This document shows positions 53,610-62,436 of a DNA stretch of 64,000 bases, piece by piece. The stretch covers positions 3,288 through 67,287 of the forward strand of contig JBEKJO010000002.1 of the NCBI GenBank assembly GCA_050011195.1. Reading direction: 5' to 3'. The position numbers and the translations under genes are program-made. The stretch comes from Verrucomicrobiota bacterium. Its GTDB lineage: Bacteria; Verrucomicrobiota; Verrucomicrobiia; Limisphaerales; UBA8199. The notes under the pieces were generated by a model. It searched no databases. It was not told the origin of the DNA and saw only the letters and a program-made list of their open reading frames with translations. Numbering within the stretch: the first letter of the stretch is position 1; every line of letters starts with the position of its first letter.

Positions 53610-53738
53610 GGTGATATGCGTGTCAGAGTCAACTTTTGCGGGCGCGGATATACAGGGTTCTTCCGGTTAATGCAACTGAAGACTGCGGATTTTGCTAGCC
53701 CGGAACACTGCCCGGGCGCTACGCTCCTCCGCAGCCTT

Positions 53739-55181
53739 ATGAACACGGAACAACTCTACCAGCAACGCCTCAACCGCTACATCACCGCCCTGCGCAACGA
53801 GAAGCCGGACATGGTTCCCCTCCGGCCCTTCGTCGCGGAGTTCACCGCCAAGTACGCGGGCTACACCTGTCAGGAGGTCGCCCACGATTACAACAAGGCG
53901 TTCGAGGCCGCCATCAAGACTGCCAAGGATTTCGGCTGGGAAGCCGTCGTGCCGAACATGGTCTATGTCTGGACCGGGCTGGCGCAAGCGGTCGGCCTCC
54001 GCTATTATGGCATCCCCGGCATCGGCATCCCGCACGAAAGCGGCTTCAACTACATCGAGCCGCCCGAGGACCAGGCCTTCATGCGCGCCGACGAATACGA
54101 CGCGCTCATCGCCGATCCCACGGCGTTCCTTTACAACGTCTGGCTCCCCCGCGCTTCCACCGAGGTCAGCAAGATCGGCGGGCCAGCGACCTACCGCAAC
54201 AACCTCTCTTTCGTGAAGGGCGCCATGGCGATGCTCTCCTATTTCTACGCCTTCGGCCCCCAAATCGCCCGGCTCCGCACTGAGTGCGGCACGGCCTCCG
54301 CTATTGCGGGCATCTTCAAGGCCCCCTTCGACATCCTTGCCGACAAACTGCGCGGCTATGTCGGCCTCACGATGGACATGCAGACGCAGCCCAACAACGT
54401 CCTCAAAGCGTGCGAGGCCCTCATGCCCCATCTGTGCCACGTGGGCCTGACCACCGCTGACGCGGCTAAGCAAGTCCCCATCGGCTTCTGGATGCACCGC
54501 GGGTGCGTGCCCTTCATCAATCCAAGGACGTTCGCCTCTCACAATTGGCCGACCCTCAAGCCCATTATCGAGGAGTTCTGGAAGAACGGCCACCAAACCT
54601 TGTTCTACGCCGAAGGCAAATGGCGCCACCATTTCGACGCCTTCCGCGAACTGCCCGACCGCAGCATCGTTTTCCACTGCGACCAGGACGACATCTTCCA
54701 CGTCCACCGCAAACTCCACGACAAGTTCGCCCTCAGCGGCGGCATTCCCAACCTGCTGCTCAGCTACGGCCAACCGGGCGAAGTCCGCGCCTTCTGCCGG
54801 CGGGTCATTGACGAAGTCGCCCGCGACGGCGGCTACATCATGGATGCCGGCGCGATCATGCAGGACGACACCAGCATCGAGAACCTCCGCGTCATGACCC
54901 AAACGGCGCGCGAGCACGGCGTTTATAGCGCGGGCACCTACAAACCGCCCGTCCCCACACCGCCCTGCGAAGTGCCGGCGTCGGTGGCGGACCGCCAAAA
55001 GCTCAACGGCATGAAAGGCCGCCCGCAGCCGCGCGTCCGGCCCGGCGTCTGTTTCCCGTGGGAGGAGCGCGTCAAGGAACTCCCGGAAATCACCGGCAGC
55101 CCCGAGCTCGTCCGCCGAATATGGGAAGACATCGACTCCTTCGGAAACATGTATATCTGGCAACTCCTGCTGAGCTTTTAA
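53739..55181 (+). CDS. Uroporphyrinogen decarboxylase (URO-D)-like family protein
   Basis: The N-terminal ...RLNRYITALRNEKPDMVPLRP.. and overall pattern resemble URO-D/MtaA-like enzymes. Longer than canonical. Assignment is tentative. Confidence 0.55.
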   Translation: MNTEQLYQQRLNRYITALRNEKPDMVPLRPFVAEFTAKYAGYTCQEVAHDYNKAFEAAIKTAKDFGWEAVVPNMVYVWTGLAQAVGLRYYGIPGIGIPHESGFNYIEPPEDQAFMRADEYDALIADPTAFLYNVWLPRASTEVSKIGGPATYRNNLSFVKGAMAMLSYFYAFGPQIARLRTECGTASAIAGIFKAPFDILADKLRGYVGLTMDMQTQPNNVLKACEALMPHLCHVGLTTADAAKQVPIGFWMHRGCVPFINPRTFASHNWPTLKPIIEEFWKNGHQTLFYAEGKWRHHFDAFRELPDRSIVFHCDQDDIFHVHRKLHDKFALSGGIPNLLLSYGQPGEVRAFCRRVIDEVARDGGYIMDAGAIMQDDTSIENLRVMTQTAREHGVYSAGTYKPPVPTPPCEVPASVADRQKLNGMKGRPQPRVRPGVCFPWEERVKELPEITGSPELVRRIWEDIDSFGNMYIWQLLLSF

Positions 55182-55278
55182 TCCAATCCCGGAACCGACA
55201 CCTTGCCCGCCTCAACCGCTCTCTGCGCCCTTGACTTCAGCCACGGGACTTTGGATGGTGGATTAGAGACTGAGAGCT

Positions 55279-55515
55279 ATGCCTTTGTACGAATACGAAC
55301 TCTGCCAAGGGGACTGTGCGGTGTGCGGGGGGAAGTTCACCTTGCGCCGGCCGCTCTCAGCGGCGCCGTTGACCCAATGCCCGGCGTGCAAAAAGCCGGT
55401 TCGCCGGGTGTGGTCCACTTTCAATTCGCCCAAGGCGCTTTCGATCTCGGACGCCAAGAAGGCCGGCTTCACCGTCCTCAAGCGCGTCAGCAAGGGCGAA
55501 TACGAGCGTCAATAA
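55279..55515 (+). CDS. FmdB-family zinc-ribbon protein
   Basis: MPLYEYEL...C..C...CP.C pattern (CxxC_CxxC_SSSS type). Confidence 0.85.
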   Translation: MPLYEYELCQGDCAVCGGKFTLRRPLSAAPLTQCPACKKPVRRVWSTFNSPKALSISDAKKAGFTVLKRVSKGEYERQ

Positions 55516-55574
55516 GGGAATAAGCCCAACGATTCCACTTTCGTTGCGGCCCGGAGTGTGTATCTTCCCGCGCC

Positions 55575-57017
55575 ATGCCAGTACCGGTAATCAGCATTGC
55601 ACAGATGCGCGACTGGGAACAGGCCACTTGGGCCGCCGGTCAAACGGAAGCGGAAGTCATTCGCCGTGTCGGGAGGTCTGTCGCCCGCAGCGCCCTTCAG
55701 TTGACGCAGCCCGGGGACCTGATCCTGATCCTCGCGGGCAAAGGCCACAACGGGGAGGACGCCCGCAGCGCCCGCGAACACCTCGCCGACCGCCGGGTCG
55801 AGGTGCTGGACGTGACGGAGACCGCCGCCGATCTGGCGAAGCTGGACACGCTGCTCACATTGCGCCCGGCCCTGACGGTGGATGGTCTGTTCGGCATCGG
55901 CCTGGATCGGCCGCTGGGGCCGGGCTGGGTCAGTTTTATCGAGCGCGTTAATGCCGCGCGCTTGCCGGTGCTGGCCGTGGATGTGCCGTCCGGTTTGAAT
56001 GGCGACACGGGTGAGCCGCAAGAGGCGGCGATCGAAGCCTCAGTGACGCTTACGGTGGGCGCGCCCAAGACCGGGTTGCTGCGGGAGGTGGCCTGGCCGT
56101 TTGTGGGGCGGCTCGAAGTCGCCCCGGACGTGGGTCTGGCGCCCTGCCCGCACCAAAGCGAGGTGCAGTGGACTTTGCCGGAGGATTTCGCGGGTTACCC
56201 GCCTCAGCGCGCGGCGGCGACGCACAAAGGCAACTATGGCCATTTGGCGATTGTGGCGGGGAGCCTGGGTTATCATGGCGCGGCGGTGCTGGCGGCGCGC
56301 GGCGCCCAACGAGCGCAACCGGGATTAATCACCCTGCATACCCTTGAAGCGGTTTATCATGCCATCGCGCCGCAACTGGAGGCGGTGATGGTCTCGGTCT
56401 GGCTGCCGCAGGGCAATCTGCCCGGCCTGCACGACGCGATCCTGTTGGGTCCGGGGCTGGCGGCGGCTGACATGCCCGACCAGATGAAGATACTGACGCG
56501 GCATCTGTGGCGCGACTCGTTCCTGCCGGTTGTGGCCGATGCCAGCGCGCTGGACTGGTTGCCGCTCGACCCTGTCCCCAAAAATGCCCTGCGTGTCATC
56601 ACCCCGCATCCGGGGGAGGCGGCGCGGTTGTTGCGCACGACCCCGCAGCAAGTGCAAGCCAACCGGCTGAATACCCTGCGCAACGTTTCGCGGCGCTTCG
56701 GCAATGCCTGGGTCGTCTTGAAAGGCCACCAAACACTCATTGGCCGCAGCTCGGGAGACGTCTATGTGAATTCGTCCGGCAATCCGCATCTGGCCCAAGG
56801 CGGCAGCGGCGACGTGCTGGCCGGCTATCTCGCCGGTTTGCTGGCCCAACCCGAGTTACGGGCCGACCTGCTCCAGACAATTCGTTACGCGGTGTGGCAG
56901 CACGGCGCCGCGGCAGACCGCCTTCAGGCCCTGCGGCCTAACTGGGTGGTGGAGGATTTGGTTGAGGCCGTGGGCACGGTGAAGAGCCGCGGAGCGCCGG
57001 CCTCCTCGCCGGCTTAA
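55575..57017 (+). CDS. nnr: Bifunctional NAD(P)H-hydrate epimerase / ADP-dependent dehydratase
   Basis: N-terminal YjeF_N (ILAGKGHNGEDA, DGLFGIGL) and C-terminal carbohydrate-kinase domain (KGNYGHLAIVAGS, GGSGDVLAG). Confidence 0.9.
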   Translation: MPVPVISIAQMRDWEQATWAAGQTEAEVIRRVGRSVARSALQLTQPGDLILILAGKGHNGEDARSAREHLADRRVEVLDVTETAADLAKLDTLLTLRPALTVDGLFGIGLDRPLGPGWVSFIERVNAARLPVLAVDVPSGLNGDTGEPQEAAIEASVTLTVGAPKTGLLREVAWPFVGRLEVAPDVGLAPCPHQSEVQWTLPEDFAGYPPQRAAATHKGNYGHLAIVAGSLGYHGAAVLAARGAQRAQPGLITLHTLEAVYHAIAPQLEAVMVSVWLPQGNLPGLHDAILLGPGLAAADMPDQMKILTRHLWRDSFLPVVADASALDWLPLDPVPKNALRVITPHPGEAARLLRTTPQQVQANRLNTLRNVSRRFGNAWVVLKGHQTLIGRSSGDVYVNSSGNPHLAQGGSGDVLAGYLAGLLAQPELRADLLQTIRYAVWQHGAAADRLQALRPNWVVEDLVEAVGTVKSRGAPASSPA

Positions 57018-57167
57018 CCCGTCGGCATTCCGACTGGAAAACGCGCCTCTCCGACATTCTCATGCTCTACGCCGGCGTGGACGCCGCCACTCCGCGACTT
57101 CGCAATGGCCCTGGGCCATGGGCTTGCCGCCCCGCAATTTTGCTTCCGTTGGCTGGCGCCATCTGTT

Positions 57168-58175
57168 ATGCCCATTCTCATGGTGCGGACATTTTGGTTA
57201 GTCGTCGCCTTGTTGATCTGCGGGTGGGTTGCTCCCATGGCCCGGGCCGACACGTTTAAGCTCACCAACGGTGAGGAGATCACCGGTGAATTGTTGGCCG
57301 GGTCGGCCAATGACGCGGGGGTGCAGATCAAGGTGGGAGAAGATGAGTACAAACGCCTGCCGTGGGCCAGTTTCTCCCAGGAGGACTTGAAGAAGTTCGC
57401 TAAGGTTCAGAAACTCGAGCCCCTGGTCGAGCCGTTTATCGAAATAACACAGGAGGAGAAGATCAAGAAGACCGAGGTCAACATCAAACAACCCGCGCGC
57501 CTGGAACGGCCCGCCCCCCAATCCTTGCTCGGCGCGCTCTCTTCTTCCGGCCTCGGGCTGTTGGTGATGCTGCTGCTTTATGCGGCTAATATCTACGCCG
57601 GGTATGAGGTTTCCATCTTCCGGGCCCGACCGGCGGCGCTGGTCTGCGGCGTCTCTGCCCTGCTGCCGCTCGCGGGGCCGATTATCTTCCTGTCCCTGCC
57701 CACCAAGATAGCCCCGGCCGAGGAAACCTGGGAGACCGTGGGGGCCGCCGCCCCCGAGACCGCCGCGCCAGACGCGGTCAATCCGATGCAGGCGGACGGC
57801 GCGGAGCACCCAACGACATTGCGCCTGGCGAGTTCGGAACCAGCGGGCGCCGTGAGATTGGGGCATTTCGAGGGAGGGGAGGACAAGCCCGCCATTCCGC
57901 CTGCCACGAAGTACCAGCGCGGCCAGTTCACCTTCAACCGCCGCTTCTTCGAGACCAAGTTCCCCGGCTTCTTCGGCGTCATTCGTCGCGATGCGGACCG
58001 GGACATGGTGCTGGTCATCAAATCGTCGCGCGGCGAATACACCGGCCAGCGGATCAGCCGCATCGCCGCCAACGATCTCCACTTGCAGGTCCAGCGCGGC
58101 CACGCCTCGGAAGAAGTCATGATCCCCTTCGTCGAGATTCAGGAGATCAAGTTGAAGCACAAAGACGCCAAGTGA
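57168..58175 (+). CDS. Hypothetical membrane protein
   Basis: Signal peptide, two predicted TM helices (LGLLVMLLLYAANIYAGY, ALVCGVSALLPLAGPIIFLSL) and a C-terminal soluble region. No family recognised. Confidence 0.55.
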   Translation: MPILMVRTFWLVVALLICGWVAPMARADTFKLTNGEEITGELLAGSANDAGVQIKVGEDEYKRLPWASFSQEDLKKFAKVQKLEPLVEPFIEITQEEKIKKTEVNIKQPARLERPAPQSLLGALSSSGLGLLVMLLLYAANIYAGYEVSIFRARPAALVCGVSALLPLAGPIIFLSLPTKIAPAEETWETVGAAAPETAAPDAVNPMQADGAEHPTTLRLASSEPAGAVRLGHFEGGEDKPAIPPATKYQRGQFTFNRRFFETKFPGFFGVIRRDADRDMVLVIKSSRGEYTGQRISRIAANDLHLQVQRGHASEEVMIPFVEIQEIKLKHKDAK

Positions 58176-58176
58176 A

Positions 58177-58413
58177 ATGTCGCAGCAGTTTGGCACCTTC
58201 ACCGCCAGCGAACTCTATTGCCCGAAGTGCGGTCGCGCCCAGCCGGTCCGCGAAAGGCTCCTGTTGGTGCTGCCCAACGGTGAACTCCACGAGTTCCTCT
58301 GTTCCCGCTGCGCCACCTCGCTGGGCAAACGCACGGTGACCGGGCCGGCGGTGACGCCTGCGGCGCGCCGACCGCAACTGCGGCCCCCCCGAACCCGCCG
58401 GCTGCTGCGGTAG
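58177..58413 (+). CDS. Small zinc-ribbon protein, hypothetical
   Basis: 78 aa with CPKC...CSRC. Its ATG lies 1 nt after the upstream stop, which suggests coupling. Confidence 0.45.
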   Translation: MSQQFGTFTASELYCPKCGRAQPVRERLLLVLPNGELHEFLCSRCATSLGKRTVTGPAVTPAARRPQLRPPRTRRLLR

Positions 58414-58434
58414 CCCACAGCCTTCCCCCCGCTC

Positions 58435-59382
58435 ATGGCTGCATTGCGAATCGTTTTCATGGGCACGGCCGAACTGTCCTGTGACAGCCTGCGGGCGTTG
58501 CTTGCATCACCCGCCTTCCAGGTTGTGGCGGTGGTCACACAGCCGGACCGTCCCAAGGGTCGGGAGCTGAAGCTGCAACCCTCGCCCGTGAAGCAACTCG
58601 CCCTGCACGCCGGTCTCCCGGTCCTCCAGCCCGAACGCGCGCGCGATGAGGTCTTCCTCAGCGCCCTTCGCGAGTTGCAGCCGGACCTGATCGCCGTGGC
58701 GGCCTATGGCCAGATTCTGCCGCAAAGCATCCTGGACTTGCCGCGCTTCGGTTGCCTCAACCTCCACACTTCCCTGCTGCCCAGGTATCGCGGCGCGGCG
58801 CCGATTCAATGGGCCATCCTCAACGGCGATGCCGAGACCGGCGTTACGATCATGAAGATGGACGCGGGCCTGGACACCGGTGACATTCTGGCTCAGGCGA
58901 CGACTCTGATTCACCCGGAAGACAACTCGGAGACGCTGCACGATCGGCTCGCCCGCATGGGCGCGGAGTTGCTGGTGCGGACCCTGCCCGATTATGTCGC
59001 CGGCAAGCTCCTTGCCCGGCCCCAACCGGTCGAGGGAGCCAGCTACGCCCCTAAGATCAAGAAGCAGGACGGGCGCCTCGATTGGACCCAGCCGGCGCGC
59101 GCCCTCTGGAATCGAGTGCGCGGCTTGGTGCCCTGGCCCGGGGCGTTCAGTTGTTTGCCCGGCCAACCCCAACCGCACCTGCTCAAAATCTGGCAGGCGG
59201 AGGTCGTGGAACGCTCCGGCCAGCCCGGCGAAGTCTTGCAGGCCGACAAAGCCGGCCTTGTGGTTGGCTGTGGCCGCGAGGCTCTGCGCATACTGACCTT
59301 GCAGCGCGAAGGCGGCCGCCGTCTGCCCGCGCCTGAATTCCTCGCCGGACACCCGTTGAAACCCGGCCAAAAGCTGGGCTGA
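58435..59382 (+). CDS. fmt: Methionyl-tRNA formyltransferase
   Basis: IVFMGT...VVTQPDRPKGRG-like, NLHTSLLPRYRGAAPIQWAI and the C-terminal domain. Confidence 0.95.
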   Translation: MAALRIVFMGTAELSCDSLRALLASPAFQVVAVVTQPDRPKGRELKLQPSPVKQLALHAGLPVLQPERARDEVFLSALRELQPDLIAVAAYGQILPQSILDLPRFGCLNLHTSLLPRYRGAAPIQWAILNGDAETGVTIMKMDAGLDTGDILAQATTLIHPEDNSETLHDRLARMGAELLVRTLPDYVAGKLLARPQPVEGASYAPKIKKQDGRLDWTQPARALWNRVRGLVPWPGAFSCLPGQPQPHLLKIWQAEVVERSGQPGEVLQADKAGLVVGCGREALRILTLQREGGRRLPAPEFLAGHPLKPGQKLG

Positions 59383-59436
59383 GGCCCTGCGTTAAACCCG
59401 TCGAAAAGGGAGCCCGCTACCCATTCATCATTTGCC

Positions 59437-59465
59437 TTGACTCTGACATGGTGCCCCCGTAGTCT
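59437..59465 (+). promoter_or_regulatory. Putative promoter of the protease cassette (TTGACT-N17-TAGTCT)
   Basis: Hexamers read directly. Weak -10. About 14 nt upstream of ATG 59479. Confidence 0.2.
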
Positions 59466-59478
59466 CACTCAGTTTTGT

Positions 59479-60645
59479 ATGGGTTTTTACACAGAGTATC
59501 TGGGAATGCAACTCGACTTTGGCGGGCTGCAGAGAGAGCGAAAGAAGCAACTCGTTCAGATTTCCGAGCTTCGCGAGAAGCGCGCTGTTTTGGTGATCGC
59601 GTCTGACCTGCTCAAACCAAACAGCACCATTGATTACAGCGACATTCTTCCGGTCCAGGACCAACTCGCCAACTTGAAGGGTGAGGCGATTGACGTGATA
59701 CTCGAGACCCCGGGCGGTTTTGCCGAAGCCGCTGAAGACATCATTGCGCTGATTCGCGGCAGATTCGACAACGTCGGCATAATCGTTCCGGGCTGGGCCA
59801 AAAGTGCGGGCACAATACTGGCGATGGCCGGCGATGAAATACTGATGGGAAGAGGCTCGGCACTTGGCCCGATTGACGCTCAGATCGCTCAGGCTAACGG
59901 CAAGCGGTTCTCTGCGCATGCGTTCCTTGAGGGGTTGAAACAGATAAAGGAGGAGGTAGCGGGGTCAGGAAAACTCAATCCTGCCTACATCCCGATTTTG
60001 CAAAACATATCCCCGGGCGAGATCCAGCACGCTCAGAATGCGCAGGCGTTTTCAGAACGGCTGGTGGCTGACTGGCTGGAGCATTACAAGTTCAAGAACT
60101 GGGTACATCGGCGAGGTTCGGGCGCCCCAGCGACGCCCGCCGAGAAGCGTAAAAGGGCGGAAGAAATTGCCAGAAAGCTCAGCGACCAATCTCAATGGCT
60201 CACTCACGGCCGTTCAATCAGGATCGCCAAACTGGAAAGCGATTTGAATCTGAGAATCACCGATTACAGCAAGAACGCTGACCTCGATGAAGCCATCACA
60301 CGCTACTACACCCTCCTGAGGATGACCTTCGACACGAACATGTGCAAACTGTTTGAGACGCCTGCCTCTCAGGTTTACCGCTTCACCGGAGTCCAAAGGG
60401 TTCCGAGTCCGCCCCCGAAACCGATGCTGCACCAGGCGCAAAGCTTGAACATTCGCATCACGTGTGACAAATGCAAAACACCAATAGTGATGCAGGCGAA
60501 TTTCCTGCCAAATCTTGCATTAAAACACGGCAATGTCCCTTTTCCACAAAACAATGTCCTTCACTGCCCCAGTTGCAAAACCGATATAAATGTGGCAAAT
60601 ATAAGATTGCAGGTAGAAGGCCAAACTGGCAAGAAAGTGGTGTAA
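59479..60645 (+). CDS. SDH-family Clp-fold serine protease with C-terminal double-CxxC zinc ribbon
   Basis: ILETPGGFAEAAEDII...VPGWAKSAGTILAMAGDEILMG..SALGPIDAQ matches the serine dehydrogenase proteinase / ClpP-SppA fold pattern. The C-terminus has CDKC...CPSC. Alternative start at ATG 59506. Confidence 0.72.
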   Translation: MGFYTEYLGMQLDFGGLQRERKKQLVQISELREKRAVLVIASDLLKPNSTIDYSDILPVQDQLANLKGEAIDVILETPGGFAEAAEDIIALIRGRFDNVGIIVPGWAKSAGTILAMAGDEILMGRGSALGPIDAQIAQANGKRFSAHAFLEGLKQIKEEVAGSGKLNPAYIPILQNISPGEIQHAQNAQAFSERLVADWLEHYKFKNWVHRRGSGAPATPAEKRKRAEEIARKLSDQSQWLTHGRSIRIAKLESDLNLRITDYSKNADLDEAITRYYTLLRMTFDTNMCKLFETPASQVYRFTGVQRVPSPPPKPMLHQAQSLNIRITCDKCKTPIVMQANFLPNLALKHGNVPFPQNNVLHCPSCKTDINVANIRLQVEGQTGKKVV

Positions 60646-60646
60646 T

Positions 60647-60832
60647 ATGAAAATGCCTCAGCCCGAAACATTTGAAATTGTATTCTCAAAGCGCGAGGAG
60701 TTGTTGCAACTGGACCCAGAACAGGTCCTCGAAAGCGCAGAAATCATCGCCGCCTGCGAAGAGGTGCGGGAAGTGACAGATGTCTTTGAGCATCCCGAGG
60801 AGGAAACCTGTTTCACTTACACTCGCGGCTGA
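60647..60832 (+). CDS. Small acidic hypothetical protein, coupled to the protease gene
   Basis: 61 aa and rich in Glu and Asp. Its ATG lies 1 nt after the protease stop (TAATATG). Shares the lower-GC composition. Confidence 0.45.
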   Translation: MKMPQPETFEIVFSKREELLQLDPEQVLESAEIIAACEEVREVTDVFEHPEEETCFTYTRG

Positions 60833-60852
60833 CGAGTAGGCACGAATGTCGA

Positions 60853-60890
60853 GGCCGACCGTTACTCAGTCGGCCCTCTTTGCTTTTTCT
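60853..60890 (+). terminator. Rho-independent terminator of the protease cassette
   Basis: GGCCGAC (60853-60859), a 9-nt loop, GTCGGCC (60869-60875), then the T-rich tail ctctttgctttttct. Confidence 0.6.
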
Positions 60891-61072
60891 GGCCTTGCCC
60901 TCGACAAGCTCAAATCTGGTGAAGGAGTCCTGGAAATACGCCCCTCAGGCTGTTTCATAGCTCTTTTCCGGTTGCCCGTCTCTCCAGCTCTCGCGCGGTG
61001 TTTTCAATGCCGTCCGCCCTTTTTCCAGAGCCGGCCCCCTCCACGTGTAATCGGATGTTGGCAGCGTTGGAG

Positions 61073-61372
61073 TCAGGGCGGGGGCTGGCGGTGCGACCAG
61101 TAAAACGGACGCCGATGCAAGTGCATCACCGCTTTGATGTAAAGCGCGTCGGCGCGCACGCTGTAAACTATGGCGTAGGGAAAGCGGTGGAAATTGAGCT
61201 TGCGATTGTCACCCCGGATTTTGCGCCAGCGTTCCGGCTCGGCGACGATGCGGCGCAACGTGCGTTCAAACTGGTCAAGGAAATCATTGCCCAGGCCCGG
61301 CTGCCGTTCCTCATACCACAGCGCGGCGGCTTCCAGTTCCTCGTCGGCTTCAGGATGGCTGGCGATGCGCAT
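61073..61372 (-). CDS. Type II toxin, RelE/ParE family
   Basis: 99 aa from ATG 61372: MRIASHPEADEELEAAALWYE...FPYAIVY......I.AVMHLHRRPFYW. Overlaps the antitoxin 3' end. Confidence 0.78.
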   Translation of the reverse strand: MRIASHPEADEELEAAALWYEERQPGLGNDFLDQFERTLRRIVAEPERWRKIRGDNRKLNFHRFPYAIVYSVRADALYIKAVMHLHRRPFYWSHRQPPP

Positions 61373-61604
61373 GGAGCTTGTCGCGGATGTCTTGAACAAC
61401 TTGCTCCACCGGGCGGCAACTGACTTTGCCTTCCTCAATCTCGCGCGAGCGCCGGTCAATGACTTCCCGCCACTGCGTTTCCGCGTCGGCATCCACGGTA
61501 TCATCGAGGCTCGCGATGAGTTGCCGGGCCAGATACGCCCGGTCTTGTTCCGGCAAGGCCAGCATTTCAACCACTTTTTCAGCCGCAATGCTCATGTGGC
61601 TCAA
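61350..61604 (-). CDS. Type II antitoxin (addiction module component)
   Basis: About 81-84 aa and acidic. LPEQDRAYLARQLIASLDD...WREVIDRRSREIEEGKV is typical of the partner of ParE-like toxins. Confidence 0.72.
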   Translation of the reverse strand: MSHMSIAAEKVVEMLALPEQDRAYLARQLIASLDDTVDADAETQWREVIDRRSREIEEGKVSCRPVEQVVQDIRDKLHAHRQPS

Positions 61605-61660
61605 TCTCGGCGTTTACGGGCGTTCTGGCAAGTCTTAATGGCTTGCCGGGCCGCTACTCG

Positions 61661-61682
61661 CGTAAATCGTAAATCGTAAATC
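61661..61682. repeat. Heptamer tract CGTAAAT x3
   Basis: cgtaaatcgtaaatcgtaaatc read directly, between the TA operon and the O-methyltransferase gene. Confidence 0.8.
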
Positions 61683-61731
61683 TAACCCGCATCCCGCTTC
61701 CCACCGTCGACAATTCTGCTACGGTGTCCGC

Positions 61732-62394
61732 ATGGGCACAAAATATGTCCGGCTGAACAAAACGCTCTACCGCTACCTCTGCCGCTGCCGCAGTGACGCG
61801 TCGGACCCGCTGTTGGAGGAGTTGCGCGCGGAGACCGCGTCGCTGGGCGAAGAAGTGAGCAAATGCCAGATCAGCGACGAGCAGGGGACCTTCCTGAGCG
61901 TTCTGGTCGCGGCGGCTGGCGTGAAATCCGCCATCGAAGTCGGCACGTTCACCGGCTACAGCTCACTGTGCATCGCCCGCGCGTTGCCCGCCAACGGACG
62001 GCTCCTTTGCCTGGATGCCAGCAAGGAATGGACGGCGGTGGCGCGGAGGTATTGGGCGAAGGCGGGCCTGCAAGACCGGATCGAGCTGCGGCTCGGCCCG
62101 GCCATCCCCAGCTTGCAACAGCTCGAACCCGGCCTCACCTTCGACTTCGCCTTCATTGACGCCAAGAAGACCGAATACGACGCCTACTATGAACTTCTCC
62201 TGCCGCGCATCCGGCGGAACGGCCTCATTCTGTTCGACAACATGCTCTCGGGCGGACGGCTTGGCGCCGGCCCGGTCAAAGAGGCCACCGGGCGCGCGAT
62301 TGATGCGCTGAACCATAAACTGGCCGGCGACGCGCGGGTCGAGGCCGTCCTGCTGCCGGTCGCGGATGGCATTCAGTTCTGCCGGAAACGGTGA
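61732..62394 (+). CDS. Class I SAM-dependent O-methyltransferase (caffeoyl-CoA OMT-like)
   Basis: AIEVGTFTGYSSLCIA (SAM motif I), FDFAFIDAKK, LILFDN. Confidence 0.87.
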   Translation: MGTKYVRLNKTLYRYLCRCRSDASDPLLEELRAETASLGEEVSKCQISDEQGTFLSVLVAAAGVKSAIEVGTFTGYSSLCIARALPANGRLLCLDASKEWTAVARRYWAKAGLQDRIELRLGPAIPSLQQLEPGLTFDFAFIDAKKTEYDAYYELLLPRIRRNGLILFDNMLSGGRLGAGPVKEATGRAIDALNHKLAGDARVEAVLLPVADGIQFCRKR

Positions 62395-62436
62395 ATTGAT
62401 TTGCGGCCACTCTCCGAAAGGATTCTACTCGGTCTG

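Noticed and set aside
60846-61103. 85-aa plus-strand ORF between the protease cassette and the toxin gene.
   Set aside because: It starts inside the terminator hairpin and overlaps the toxin 3' end in antisense. Its translation is low-complexity (…CFQCRPPFFQSRPPPRV…). It is probably non-coding spacer.
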